From Planctomycetia bacterium (GTDB lineage: Bacteria; Planctomycetota; Planctomycetia; JALXBF01; JBGPMX01), in NCBI GenBank assembly GCA_036758585.1, contig DAIOWH010000009.1, positions 1,573 to 65,572 on the forward strand: DNA of 64,000 nucleotides, in the 5' to 3' direction. Each line of letters begins with the position of its first letter. Within the stretch, counting starts at the first letter, position 1. The notes under the pieces are model-generated. The model was not told the origin of the DNA. It did no database searches and saw only the letters and a program-made list of their open reading frames with translations. A program made the position numbers and the translations under genes. Positions 40,285-50,800 of this stretch are shown in pieces.

Positions 40285-41397
40285 ATGATCGGGAATAGGC
40301 GCGGCGATCATAGAATCAACAAGGGTGTCCTTGTCGTCGGTGCTGGGGTTTAGTGGCCTTACCAGCGCCCTCTGCCTGGGACGGAGCGGCTTTCAAGTCA
40401 CGGTCATTGCGGACCGGTTTGCACCTCGGGTCACATCCGTTGTTGCCGGCGCTCTTTGGGAATGGCCGCCTGCCGCTTGTGGCATGCATCACGTCCCCGC
40501 TGCCCTGGAGCGGTCCAAGGCTTGGTGCGAAGCATCGTATCAGACCTTCTCTGACCTCTCTCGCGATCCCAAGACGGGTGTCTTTCTCAGACCTGTGACG
40601 TTCTATTTCAAGCGCCCCGTTCTGGATGACCCGCGGCAGCGCGACAAGATGAACGAACTTAGGACCAGAGTCGTTCAATTCAGACATGATCAGTCCATCA
40701 TCGGCGAGAACGGCATCAGTACCCGGCTAGGCTTCCGAGACGCGTACACTCACCTGGCGCCCATGATCGATACGGACGTGTATATGGGGTGGCTGTTCGA
40801 AGGGCTCAGCGAGTCGGCTGCCGCATTGTTGAGAAGAGGGTTCACGGAGCACTCCACCAACATGAGTCATCTCTGGCGGCAGAGTTCGACGCCGCGGTGA
40901 TCGTGAACTGCACAGGCCTCGGCGCCAGGGAACTCGTTGAGGAGTCTGTCTATCCGGTTCGCGGTGCGATCCTTCGCGTTCGGAACGACGGACGGGCGAT
41001 TCCGCACATTGCTCAGGCACATTGTGTCTCCGCCGAGGACGAGTCCCAAGGCTTCATTTTTGTTGTGCCGCGTGGCAACGACAAGCTGGTGCTCGGTGGC
41101 TTCGCGGAACCGAACCAGTGGAATCTCGACATAGGCATGGACAACTACGCACCGATCCGGGACACATTTCGTCGCTGTGTGGAGTTCATGCCGATCCTCG
41201 GCAACGCCGTGCTCGACGGCGCGGAACCGGTTCGGGTCGGCCTGCGTCCGTTCCGTCACCAGGGCGTCCGTCTGGAGCACGAGGCAGGCACGCGCGTCAT
41301 TCATAACTATGGCCACGGCGGCTCGGGCGTTACCCTGTCGTGGGGCTGTGCCCTCGAAGTGGTGCAACGAGTGCGCCAAGCACTTGCGCCTTCTTGA
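40285..41397 (+). pseudogene. D-amino-acid oxidase (DAO) family FAD-dependent oxidoreductase, disrupted by two frameshifts
   Basis: Three collinear frame segments: MIGNRRGDHRINKGVLVVGAGV* (GXGXXG); then ...SGLTSALCLGRSGFQVTVIADRFAPRVTSVVAGALWEW...YMGWLFEGLSE; then RVGCRIVEKRV...DAAVIVNCTGLGAREL...VIHNYGHGGSGVTLSWGCALEV. Each is strongly DAO-like and close to eukaryotic DAO. A +1 insertion in a T-run lies near 40349 and a -1 deletion near 40813. Confidence 0.7.
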
Positions 41398-41413
41398 AGA
41401 GTGAGTAGGAGTA

Positions 41414-42049
41414 ATGATGAAACAGTTCAGGATCATGCTGGTTGCGATGGTATTGGTGGCGGTGGCCGGCGGCGTGGTGATATGGAACCGGGGCGCTGCT
41501 GGGAGGATCGGGGCCTCCGCGCCAATAACCGGAAACGAGTCTGACATGCCCGCTTCGTCCAGCGGCCCAACCGTCGCCGACCCGAATGCTGCGTTCATCG
41601 ACCTGACGCAAATCGCGGATGGTGGTATTGGTATAGCGATCCAATTCATGGGTGATGACCCAACATCCCTGCGCGAACTGCGAGAAGCAGTCGAGGCGCG
41701 TGGATCCCGCGCTCTCGCCGAGTTTCAGACGAAATACGAACAGCTTCAGCGACTCCCGGACGCCCCGTTGGCCTCGAAGGTTCAACTGCGGTTCCAAATA
41801 GGCACCCTGTTGGTATACGAGGGCCGTTTGGACGAGGCAGTGTCTACGTTCGAGGAACTTCTGGAACTCGGCCAGTCGTCGCCGGCTCAGCCGCGACAGA
41901 TTGCCACGCTTCACGCCCTGGTGGGGATCGTCGCGCTGCGCCAAGGTGAGGTTGAGAACTGCATCGAGTGTTCCATGTCATCGAGTCGTCGAGTCACCGC
42001 TAACCGGGATGTTGAGTCCACTGGGCAGTTGCTCGTGTCTATTGTGTGA
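41414..42049 (+). CDS. Hypothetical membrane-anchored protein with TPR-like helical repeats
   Basis: The 211-aa ORF has an N-terminal TM segment and helical repeat composition. No specific family assigned. Confidence 0.45.
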   Translation: MMKQFRIMLVAMVLVAVAGGVVIWNRGAAGRIGASAPITGNESDMPASSSGPTVADPNAAFIDLTQIADGGIGIAIQFMGDDPTSLRELREAVEARGSRALAEFQTKYEQLQRLPDAPLASKVQLRFQIGTLLVYEGRLDEAVSTFEELLELGQSSPAQPRQIATLHALVGIVALRQGEVENCIECSMSSSRRVTANRDVESTGQLLVSIV

Positions 42050-42258
42050 AACGAGCCGTAGCAAGCGAGCTACCCGGACCAACGTCGGGCAGGTAACCGA
42101 AACCAGTCAGAATCGGTCGACTCGGAGTCCGGCGATTCAGCCGTCGCCCTGCAAGAACTGCCGACTCGCGGAACTCGATGCTGCTAGCTTGAGAACACGT
42201 TTTCTGACAGGATAATGCGGAGTTTCTGTGAAGAGCCGAACGGTTTGGAGCAGCTTCC

Positions 42259-44289
42259 GTGTCTATCCAACGCCAGATTGTTCTTGTCCTTGCTGTGCTG
42301 GCCATCGTGGTCGCTGTGGTCAACCACAAGGTCCTGCGGGGGTGGGCACGTATTTCGCAACCAGCATCGTCGGTCACACCGTGGCGCCCTCCGGGGTATG
42401 TGGGTGATGAGAGTTGTGCGGGTTGCCATGCAGATATCGCGAAGAGCTACGCGCGTTGTGAGATGGCGAATTCTTGGGGCTTGGTTTCTGAGTCAAGACA
42501 CGTCGAACCACCGGCGACTGTCCACGACAACAAGTCGGGAATGTCCTATGAGATGCAATGGCGCGAAGACCGGTTGTTTGTGCGTGAGTTTCGATTGAAC
42601 AACAACGGGGAAGAGATTCATAGTTTGGAGGTCGAGGCCACACACCATATTGGTTCCGGTAGGCATGGACGCGCCTACGCGACCAACTCCGACGGCTACC
42701 TAACGAAGATACCGGTTGGCTGGTATGCGGATTTTTCCAAATGGGACATGGGGCCGGGTTACGAAACAACGAATCTGCGCTTCGACCGCCCGATCATTCC
42801 GGAATGTGTCGGGTGTCACGGTTCGTTCCCTTCTTTCATTGCCGGGACCGAAAACAAGTATCGCCAGCCGCTACCGGGGCAAGTTGGATGCGAGCGGTGC
42901 CACGGTCCCGGCGCTGATCACGTGGCCGCGCGTGCCAAAGACCCCGCAGCCGCCGAGACTCGCGGTGATGGCGACCCTACGATCGTCAATCCTGCCCGAT
43001 TGCCCGTAGAGCTCGCTCAAGACGTTTGCCTGCAATGCCATTTGCAGGCCGAGATCATGGTGGATCAGCCCGGTGTCGGGCTGATTGATTATCGACCGGG
43101 ACAGCGGCTGCGCGACTTTCGCAGCTATTTCTTCAGTGGCGACCAGGATCCCGCCAAGCCCGCGTCCGTTGGACACGTTCCGCGATCGCACTTGAGCCGC
43201 TGTTATGTCGAAAGTGGCGGCAAGATGACCTGCTTCAGTTGCCATGATGTGCATCGTGCGCTGGACGAGATTCCCGCTGGCTTCTACAACAACGCCTGTT
43301 TGAACTGTCATGGCGAGCGCGGTTGTTCGAGGTCCCTTGCCGCCGGCGAGGCGCCTCTGGGAGACTGCGTGAAATGCCACATGCCACGAGTCGCCAGCGG
43401 AGACATTGGTCATGCGGTGACCACGGAGCATTGGATTCGTCGCGACGCCACGCAGGGCGCCTTGGTAGAGACAACCAAGGCAGCGGCGAGCAGCCCACCC
43501 CGAGGTTTTTTCGGCGATGAGGCGGATGGTCAGATCGGAGCTGCGATCGTTCGGTCGGTCGCCCATCGCTCCGATCCCCAGACGCTTCGGACGGCTTGCG
43601 AGTTGCTGGAAACCGCAGTGAATCGGCAACCAGAGGCGTTGTCGTGGCGTATTGATCTGGCGACCGGTTACTTCCACGCGGGTCGATTCGCCGATGCGAT
43701 ACGTTTGCTGGAGCATGTAACGCGCGTTCAGCCGGACTCCACGGAGGCCTGGGACCTGCTAGGACAGAGCTATGGAAGTCTTGGTCAGTTTGACCGATCT
43801 GTAGAATCATTTGAACAGGCGATTCGTCGTCAGCCGGACTATGCCGGAGCGGACTTCAAGCTTGCGTTGTTGTACTTGCGCCAGGATCGCATGGACAAGT
43901 TGCTGGACGCTTCACGACGATACTTCGAGCGACACCCGGACAATCCGAGAGTACTGGGACTTGTCGCCCAGGCCCAGTACACCTTCGCACGACAACCGAG
44001 AGTCGCGCTTGCCACGCTGGAACGAGCGAGGGGGCTGGACCCTAGTCTCGTAGCGTTATCCTTGCTCGAAGCCCGAATCGCCTCCGAGTTGGGTGACGAG
44101 CGGGTTGCTGAGGGGGCGTTGCGGAGGGCCCTGGATGTGCAGCCCGACCTTGTGCCGGCGTACTTGCAACTTGGTACGCTCTTGGTCCGTCAGCGCCGCC
44201 TTGACGACGCACGAAAGGTACTGATGGAGGCCCTGAAACTACAGCCGGCCAACGCCGAGATTCACCGGATGATACAACAACTCCGATGA
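42259..44289 (+). CDS. Multiheme cytochrome c (7 CXXCH) fused to C-terminal TPR repeats
   Basis: CAGCH, CVGCH, CERCH, CLQCH, CFSCH, CLNCH, CVKCH. N-terminal signal anchor. C-terminal 250 aa are TPR-like. Confidence 0.8.
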   Translation: MSIQRQIVLVLAVLAIVVAVVNHKVLRGWARISQPASSVTPWRPPGYVGDESCAGCHADIAKSYARCEMANSWGLVSESRHVEPPATVHDNKSGMSYEMQWREDRLFVREFRLNNNGEEIHSLEVEATHHIGSGRHGRAYATNSDGYLTKIPVGWYADFSKWDMGPGYETTNLRFDRPIIPECVGCHGSFPSFIAGTENKYRQPLPGQVGCERCHGPGADHVAARAKDPAAAETRGDGDPTIVNPARLPVELAQDVCLQCHLQAEIMVDQPGVGLIDYRPGQRLRDFRSYFFSGDQDPAKPASVGHVPRSHLSRCYVESGGKMTCFSCHDVHRALDEIPAGFYNNACLNCHGERGCSRSLAAGEAPLGDCVKCHMPRVASGDIGHAVTTEHWIRRDATQGALVETTKAAASSPPRGFFGDEADGQIGAAIVRSVAHRSDPQTLRTACELLETAVNRQPEALSWRIDLATGYFHAGRFADAIRLLEHVTRVQPDSTEAWDLLGQSYGSLGQFDRSVESFEQAIRRQPDYAGADFKLALLYLRQDRMDKLLDASRRYFERHPDNPRVLGLVAQAQYTFARQPRVALATLERARGLDPSLVALSLLEARIASELGDERVAEGALRRALDVQPDLVPAYLQLGTLLVRQRRLDDARKVLMEALKLQPANAEIHRMIQQLR

Positions 44290-44323
44290 AGCTCTGTTGC
44301 ATGACCTGATTCCGAGAGGGCAG

Positions 44324-45544
44324 ATGAAAAAAACGCTTTGTGCCAGTATGTGCCTGGCCCTGGTCGGAGCTTGGTGGTACGTACGGTTTCATGCTGCAAC
44401 GCCGGACTCTGCGGCAGACGTGCCTCATGTACCCCCTGTTGCTGGTGGCTACGAGGTTTTGTCGCCGAACGGGGCAGATCCGAATGAGTACGTTGGTTTT
44501 CAGGCATGCGCCCCGTGCCATGATTCAATCTGCAAAGCACAGAACGCCAGCCACATGGCGAATTCTCTCAAGACTGTTGCCGAGTATCAGCAGGAGAAGG
44601 GGGTGCTGCCCCCCGCCAAGTTTTACGACGAACAGAACGATATCCGATATGAAGTCGTCGCATCGGGGGACCAACTCTACCTCAGCGCCGCGTGGCGGGG
44701 ACGGTCCGCGCAGGCGCCATTTACCTACGTCCTCGGTTCTGGCCTTCAGGGCCTGTCGTTTCTCCACGAGCGGGGTCCGCAGGACTTTCAAGAATTGCGC
44801 CTGAGCTTCTACACGAAGGCTCGCGAATGGGACTTCACCGGCGCCCAAGAGGACGTACGGCCGGAGAGTATGGAACAGGTTCTTGGAAGCATAGAACCAG
44901 GACGAGGCATGCGCTGTCTGCGATGCCACTCCACGTTATTGGTGCATGACGGAACTAAGCTCATGCGTAACGAGTCGCGGTTTGGCGTAACGTGCGAGCG
45001 ATGCCATGGTCCGGGTCGGGCGCACGTACAGGCCGCGTGGCGAGGGCAGCACGTACCGATTGGCGACCGACCATTCGAACGGGCCATGCAAGCAGCCAGG
45101 AGCGCTACGGAATTCCGAGAAGCGGCATCCCGTCGAGATTCCGTAGTCTGTGGGGAGTGTCACGGAAACGATGCGTTGAGCCCGAACGTTCCCGACTTCT
45201 ATCTTTCTCGATTCCCAATCGCCGCATTGCCGCAGAGCAAGTGTTACCGCCAGAGCCTGGGGAAACTGCTTTGCACGGATTGCCACGACCCGCATTCCAA
45301 TGCGGAGCACGATGATATGAGTCGCTACGTACGAGTGTGCTTGGTATGTCATGGAACGAAAAACGCCGACACGAAGACCGGCTCAGCCCATCTGGTACCG
45401 CCTCCGGTCAGAAACTCGTGTACCGTTAATCCCGACGACGGCTGCATCGGCTGTCACATGCCGAAACGCGAACCCGTCTATCGGGGGATATTCACGCACC
45501 ACCGCATCGCTATTCATGCATCGGACGAATCAAATGATCCGTAG
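44324..45544 (+). CDS. Multiheme cytochrome c (7 CXXCH), paralog without TPR tail
   Basis: CAPCH, CLRCH, CERCH, CGECH, CTDCH, CLVCH, CIGCH. Signal peptide from ATG 44324, with GAGAGGG SD. Confidence 0.8.
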   Translation: MKKTLCASMCLALVGAWWYVRFHAATPDSAADVPHVPPVAGGYEVLSPNGADPNEYVGFQACAPCHDSICKAQNASHMANSLKTVAEYQQEKGVLPPAKFYDEQNDIRYEVVASGDQLYLSAAWRGRSAQAPFTYVLGSGLQGLSFLHERGPQDFQELRLSFYTKAREWDFTGAQEDVRPESMEQVLGSIEPGRGMRCLRCHSTLLVHDGTKLMRNESRFGVTCERCHGPGRAHVQAAWRGQHVPIGDRPFERAMQAARSATEFREAASRRDSVVCGECHGNDALSPNVPDFYLSRFPIAALPQSKCYRQSLGKLLCTDCHDPHSNAEHDDMSRYVRVCLVCHGTKNADTKTGSAHLVPPPVRNSCTVNPDDGCIGCHMPKREPVYRGIFTHHRIAIHASDESNDP

Positions 45545-45588
45545 CTCCTGTCGCACACGGACGGCGCTGCTCGAATGCCAGTGACTCG

Positions 45589-47538
45589 ATGCTTGGTTTC
45601 CCAATGAACCCACGCGTACGCAACTCCGTCTCCTTTGTTGCCCTGCTGGTGCTTGGGTTGTCTGGCGTCCTTATTGTGCGGTTCGTTCGGGATCCGAGGA
45701 TCGACAACGACATTCGTGGCGGCGGCCAACCAGCCGTCGGGCTGGGCTATGTCGGTATGGCTCAGTGTCGGGTCTGTCACAGTGCCATTGCAGCCAGCTA
45801 CGCGAAGACCGGCATGGGCCGCTCGTTTGGCCCTGTTGATCCCGAAACAGAGACCGGAGATTTCACCGAGAACAACCAGTATCACTGGGAGGCACGCGAC
45901 CGCCGTTACGAGATGAAGCAGGAAGGCAATGACTTGTTCATGACGGCTTTCAGTGTCGACTTCAGAGGGCGTCGCGAGCGCGAGCGACAAGAACGGATCA
46001 CGCACTGGTTGGGTTCCGGTGAGCGCATGCGCGGTTACCTGAGCTTGCAAGGAAGTCGATATCGTTTGCTCCACCTGGCTTGGTACGGTCCGCGAAACGA
46101 ATGGGCGCCGTTTGCGATGCGCGAATCAGGGGCTCCCGCGGACGACTGGGTCGGATACAACTGTTTCTACTGTCACGCCAGCTATCCGCGTAACGCGATT
46201 GGGGCGAAGTCGATTGCCGAGGTCGATCATCGTTCGGATGCGTTGCAGCTAGGCGCGATCGATTGCGAGCGTTGCCACGGTCCGGGCGAACAACATGTCC
46301 GGCTGGCTCAAAACCTATCCGAAGCGGCGGCGATCCGCGCCGCCATCGTCAATCCTGCCCGTTTGCCGCTGGAGCGGCAGCTCGACGTCTGCGGCCAATG
46401 CCATCTTGAACCGACCACACAGTTCCCAGTGCATCGACTCATCGCTGCTCAAAAGAGCCCCTTCAGCTTTCGGCCCGGCGACCGCCTCGACGACCATTTC
46501 GTGATCTTCGACTTCGACGATCCAGACATGCACCATGACGAAGACACGGACATCGTCAATCAAAGCTACCTCTTGGTTCAGTCTGCGTGTTTTCAACAGA
46601 GCGATGGCCGCATGACATGCACTACGTGCCACGATCCGCACCACACACCTCCGCCCGAGGAGCGTGCCGCCTACTTTCGGGGGAAATGCATGAATTGCCA
46701 CGCACTTGGTGACTGCACTGCCCCCGACCTCAACCACGAGTCGCTCGCGGGCAGCGATTGCGCGAACTGCCACATGACTCCAACCTACGCCGTAGACGCA
46801 GTCCGCGCCCTGGTCCACCGACACAAGATCGAACGCCGGCCAATCTCCAACCGTGATACTTCGCCCGAACAAAGACTCGCCCACACGCAGCGAGTCTATG
46901 CCGCTGGCGCCAACCGTACACGCCTCAAGCTGTACCTGGAACATCCGGACCTGTTGCCGGAGGACCGAGCGGCATGGCTCGCACTTGGGCGACTACACAA
47001 CTCCTATGCCGGCGATGGACCGACGGAGTTGCAAGGTGCAATAGATCGCAGCGGCATCGTCAACGACCCAGAGACCCGTCTGCTTCTTGGCCAGCTCCAC
47101 CTCACTCGGAGGAATCCGATCGCAGCTCGAACCGAGTTCAAGCGTGCGCTGCGCATCGCCCCGGCTTTCTCGTCTGCGACCGTGGGGCTGGCCCAAGCTG
47201 AGCTGCTCGCAGGCAACTCGTCTCGCGCAATCGAGTTGTTCCGTCAAGTACTCGCACAGCGCCCCCTGAATCTAGCGGCGCGGCAGGGGTTAGCCGACGC
47301 GTATCGGGCGATGAAAGACGAGCGGGGCACGCAGGACGCTTACGCCGCATGGCAGGCGGCACTTGACCATCACCTTGACATCGAATCGGCCACTCAGTTG
47401 GCCTACTGGCTGAATCAGGCGGGTCGAAGGCAGGAGGCTGTCACGTTCCTGCGCGCCGCCCTACGGGTCAATCCAAACGATGCAGCGGCCCAGACCGGTC
47501 TGGAAAGGTTGCTGCGCGAGTATCCTGACCTGCGCTGA
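45589..47538 (+). CDS. Multiheme cytochrome c (7 CXXCH) fused to C-terminal TPR repeats, paralog
   Basis: CRVCH, CFYCH, CERCH, CGQCH, CTTCH, CMNCH, CANCH. TPR tail. Confidence 0.8.
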   Translation: MLGFPMNPRVRNSVSFVALLVLGLSGVLIVRFVRDPRIDNDIRGGGQPAVGLGYVGMAQCRVCHSAIAASYAKTGMGRSFGPVDPETETGDFTENNQYHWEARDRRYEMKQEGNDLFMTAFSVDFRGRRERERQERITHWLGSGERMRGYLSLQGSRYRLLHLAWYGPRNEWAPFAMRESGAPADDWVGYNCFYCHASYPRNAIGAKSIAEVDHRSDALQLGAIDCERCHGPGEQHVRLAQNLSEAAAIRAAIVNPARLPLERQLDVCGQCHLEPTTQFPVHRLIAAQKSPFSFRPGDRLDDHFVIFDFDDPDMHHDEDTDIVNQSYLLVQSACFQQSDGRMTCTTCHDPHHTPPPEERAAYFRGKCMNCHALGDCTAPDLNHESLAGSDCANCHMTPTYAVDAVRALVHRHKIERRPISNRDTSPEQRLAHTQRVYAAGANRTRLKLYLEHPDLLPEDRAAWLALGRLHNSYAGDGPTELQGAIDRSGIVNDPETRLLLGQLHLTRRNPIAARTEFKRALRIAPAFSSATVGLAQAELLAGNSSRAIELFRQVLAQRPLNLAARQGLADAYRAMKDERGTQDAYAAWQAALDHHLDIESATQLAYWLNQAGRRQEAVTFLRAALRVNPNDAAAQTGLERLLREYPDLR

Positions 47539-49396
47539 CCAAACGAGCTGGTGAGGGAATGCTCTGAACCATACGTGGTTGCAGGCCCTCGACAAGTCGG
47601 AGCCATCCTTCCCCCGCTACGTCGTCCCATTCATCGATGCGACCAGACGGCCAGTGAACGATCAGTTTGTCCACGGACTTATCCGTTCCAAGGCCGAGCA
47701 GGATTCTCCGGTCACTGGCCGACTGGTAGCTTCCCCCACCGGTGACTTCTCGTACTAATCTGCGTTCCTCAACTCCGTCATTGTTCAGCATGGCCTCCAC
47801 GCGAACGTTGACGCCATTGCGATTCGACTCGCGCCCCGCAAACTCCAGCATCAGGACGTGCTGGGAATCTCGCGTTTCATTGTGCAGCACAGCAGTCGGC
47901 ACATAGTGGTGGACCACGGCGATGTCGGTCCTGCCATCGTTGTCAAAGTCACCAAACGCGGCGCCACGTCCTATCCATTTTTCAGCGAAGTACGAACCTG
48001 CCAGATGCGCTACGTTGGTGAATCGACCGAGTCCCGTGTTGCGCAGGAGCGTAGGGGGCATAAGGTCCGGGACCGACCCCGGACCTTTCGCCAGGTAGCC
48101 GTTCGTGGCAAACAGATCGAGCCAGCCGTCATTGTCGTAGTCGAGAAAGGCCGTGCCCCATCCCATCGAAGCCCGAGTCACCGCGGTGATGCCTGTTACT
48201 CGACTGGCGTCGCCAAACCCGGCCTGACCTAGGTTGCGATACAACGTCAGGTATTCGAGGTAGAAATTGGTGACGCCCAAATCCAACAAGCCGTCCCCGT
48301 CGTAGTCCCCGCAGGCAATTCCCATGCTGGCCTGCGAAAGTCCCTCGGCGTTTAGTGCCGCGCCCCACTCGACGGCCTTGTCTTCAAGGCGAAGTGACGG
48401 CCCACGAGCCAGTGCGTCTCTTGGGGCGTCGCCGGCCAAGTTGTGCAGCAGCGTATTTGGCTCCGCGTCATTGGCGATGTAGATGTCCGGTCGACGATCG
48501 CTGTCAAAGTCTGAGATGACGATTCCGAGGGCCTTGCCTGGTGGGACGTTCATTTCCGCGGCGATGTCGTAGAACGTGCCATCGGTCATGTTGAGCAGGA
48601 CCACCTGGGGTAGCGGTCCAAACTTCCTGGGCCCACAATAACTCGGCTGTTCGCCCTTGCCGTCGAGACACTGCGGAGCCGTCTTGGGGTCGAAATCAGT
48701 GTAATTGCATACACAGAGATCGAGTGCACCATCGAGATTCAAATCTCCAAACCCACAACTGGAACTCCACAATCGGGAATCGGCCGCGGCCTCGACGGTC
48801 ACATTGCTGAACGTCCCGTCGCCGCGGTTGCGATACAGGACATTCGATCCGTAACATGTGACGTAGAGATCATCGAACCCGTCGTTGTCATAGTCGCCTA
48901 CTCCACAACCTTGGCCATAGCCGTTGTGTCCCACATTCGCTGCTTGGGTTACGTTGTGAAACCCGCCCTCGCCGTTCCTATACAATTGCGATGTATGGCT
49001 GAAGTCCTTCGGGTTTTCGGGTAGCTGGCAACCGTTGACGAGGTACAGATCGAGTCGCCCGTCGCCGTCGAAGTCAATCCAAGCCGCGCCGCCTCCGTTG
49101 ACCTCGGGCACCCAGAACTGTCCGCTCTCGCCTCGGAAAAAGGTGAAGTCGATTCCCAACGCGTGGGCGATGTCCGCAAAACTTGGCGGCGGGAATCGGA
49201 CAGTTTCTGGCCGGCCATTGCTGGTCTCTGGAACCTCACGGCCCGGCGGAATTGGTTCAGAAACGCGGCTGCCCATCAGACCGACGCCGACCGAAGGGGC
49301 AGCGGACCTGGTCCGGAGCAACTTCCAAGACGCAACGGAAGAGAGTGCCGTCAACACGACCGCGGTTCCGAGTACGCCGAGTCGCCTCCCCGACAT
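47468..49396 (-). CDS. CRTAC1-family FG-GAP/ASPIC-UnbV repeat protein (secreted)
   Basis: Signal peptide. FG-GAP Ca loops (DFDGDGRLDLYLVN, DYDNDGFDDLYVTCYGSN, DYDGDGLLDLGVTNFY, DYDNDGWLDLFATNGY). UnbV_ASPIC C-terminus (GGGSYQSASDRRILLGLG). The 3' end overlaps the convergent cytochrome gene by about 70 nt. Confidence 0.8.
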   Translation of the reverse strand: MSGRRLGVLGTAVVLTALSSVASWKLLRTRSAAPSVGVGLMGSRVSEPIPPGREVPETSNGRPETVRFPPPSFADIAHALGIDFTFFRGESGQFWVPEVNGGGAAWIDFDGDGRLDLYLVNGCQLPENPKDFSHTSQLYRNGEGGFHNVTQAANVGHNGYGQGCGVGDYDNDGFDDLYVTCYGSNVLYRNRGDGTFSNVTVEAAADSRLWSSSCGFGDLNLDGALDLCVCNYTDFDPKTAPQCLDGKGEQPSYCGPRKFGPLPQVVLLNMTDGTFYDIAAEMNVPPGKALGIVISDFDSDRRPDIYIANDAEPNTLLHNLAGDAPRDALARGPSLRLEDKAVEWGAALNAEGLSQASMGIACGDYDGDGLLDLGVTNFYLEYLTLYRNLGQAGFGDASRVTGITAVTRASMGWGTAFLDYDNDGWLDLFATNGYLAKGPGSVPDLMPPTLLRNTGLGRFTNVAHLAGSYFAEKWIGRGAAFGDFDNDGRTDIAVVHHYVPTAVLHNETRDSQHVLMLEFAGRESNRNGVNVRVEAMLNNDGVEERRLVREVTGGGSYQSASDRRILLGLGTDKSVDKLIVHWPSGRIDEWDDVAGEGWLRLVEGLQPRMVQSIPSPARLVSAGQDTRAATFPDRSGPLHRLD

Positions 49397-49416
49397 GACA
49401 AGTTCCTCGCAGCGGT

Positions 49417-50781
49417 CTAGAGTTCGGTTAGGTGACTGGCTGGGCTGTGGGGCGGTTTCGGCAACGCTCCTGGGCCAAGAGGAATCAGCTTCAGGAGTGG
49501 CATCGGCGGCGCCTTGCTACCCTGACCAAGCGCGAATCGTGCCCACTCACGAGCCAAAAGGGGCATTCCCGTCTTCACACATATCTCTGCCAACTCCTGG
49601 CATTCGTCGGGGGTGGGCCGCGAACGGCGTAGCGTGACGTCCTCAAACAACGTCAAGCGTCTCTCCTCCACCTTGCGCAACCCGTCGGCGGCTTGGTCAT
49701 GCCGCTCCGAGTCTTCTCTTTCGCCCAACCTTCTCAGCGCCCTGCCGAGCTGGAAATGCGCTTGCCGGTCCCAGGGATAACGTTCTAGCGCTTTGCGACA
49801 CGTGGTCGCGCTTGCCTGGTACTCGCCCAGATCGTACTGAGCGCGAGCACGGTACGTCCAAAGCTCGGCGAAGTCTTCCCATGCGTGCGGCAATTCCCGT
49901 AGCGCCTCGGAAGCGGCGTCGGCGTCTCCCAACTCATACAGGCACCAAATCCAAAAAGACCGCGTGCGCACGTCTAGCGGTTGCCGCCTCAAGCATTGCT
50001 CGATGAGTGCTCGCCCCTCGCCGGTACGGCCAAGTTGAATCAAGTATCTGCCAAGAGCGAGCCGAGCCTGGTCGTCATTGGAGTCTTGTCGAACGAACTT
50101 CTCCAGCGTAGCTACGCCAGATTCGGGGGCCGTGCGGTTGAACGCCAACCCCATCAGCGCCACCAACAGCGGTTTCGAGTCCTCGTCCAGCGGCGGCCAG
50201 GCGCGGTACATTGCCCACAGGAGTTCCTCTGCCTCGCGCCAACGTTCCTCCAACAGGTATATGTTCAACAGGTCGCCCTGAGCACGTTGCTTGATGCGAT
50301 TGCGATCAGTCGCCTGGCAGAGTGCGATACAGTCCTTCAGGACACGTTCAGACTCAAGGCCATGGAATGCCTCCCGCAGCGATTGCCCAATACGCAGCAA
50401 TGCCTCGGGACCGTGCGCTGAATCGCGTGGAACTTGCTGCAACGAATGGATACAAGCTTCAAGGTCGTTCAAGTTTGATTGAGCACGCGCCAGCAACATC
50501 CAGCCTTCGGCGTCCTGCGGTCGGGAACGCAGGTACGCCGATAGGTGCGCAGCCGCCGCCACCCATTGTTCGCCATCCAAGGCAGACCGACCACGGGCCA
50601 ATGATTGGCCGGCCGTCCAGCGGAACACCATCAGCGCGCTCATGCCGGCGCCGACGATCACCACAAACACCAGCAACACGACTCGCACGGGCGACAGTAC
50701 ACCTCTGCCGTTCAGCCCATTCGGATCGTCTTGGCGGGACGCACTGGTCACAGCTTCCCCTGATCGCGGCGCGCACTCCAT
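49417..50781 (-). CDS. Membrane-anchored TPR-repeat protein
   Basis: TM helix (VVLLVFVVIVGAGMSALMVF) followed by TPR repeats. The start is ambiguous (50850, 50781 or 50643), and the likeliest start overlaps the upstream TPR gene. Confidence 0.6.
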   Translation of the reverse strand: MECAPRSGEAVTSASRQDDPNGLNGRGVLSPVRVVLLVFVVIVGAGMSALMVFRWTAGQSLARGRSALDGEQWVAAAAHLSAYLRSRPQDAEGWMLLARAQSNLNDLEACIHSLQQVPRDSAHGPEALLRIGQSLREAFHGLESERVLKDCIALCQATDRNRIKQRAQGDLLNIYLLEERWREAEELLWAMYRAWPPLDEDSKPLLVALMGLAFNRTAPESGVATLEKFVRQDSNDDQARLALGRYLIQLGRTGEGRALIEQCLRRQPLDVRTRSFWIWCLYELGDADAASEALRELPHAWEDFAELWTYRARAQYDLGEYQASATTCRKALERYPWDRQAHFQLGRALRRLGEREDSERHDQAADGLRKVEERRLTLFEDVTLRRSRPTPDECQELAEICVKTGMPLLAREWARFALGQGSKAPPMPLLKLIPLGPGALPKPPHSPASHLTEL

Positions 50782-50800
50782 ACCAGTTTCCAACCTCCGT

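Noticed and set aside
47468-47538. 70-nt convergent overlap of ASPIC and cytochrome-TPR 3' ends
   Set aside because: This is most likely a slightly over-extended C-terminus of one ORF, with no functional implication supportable from sequence.
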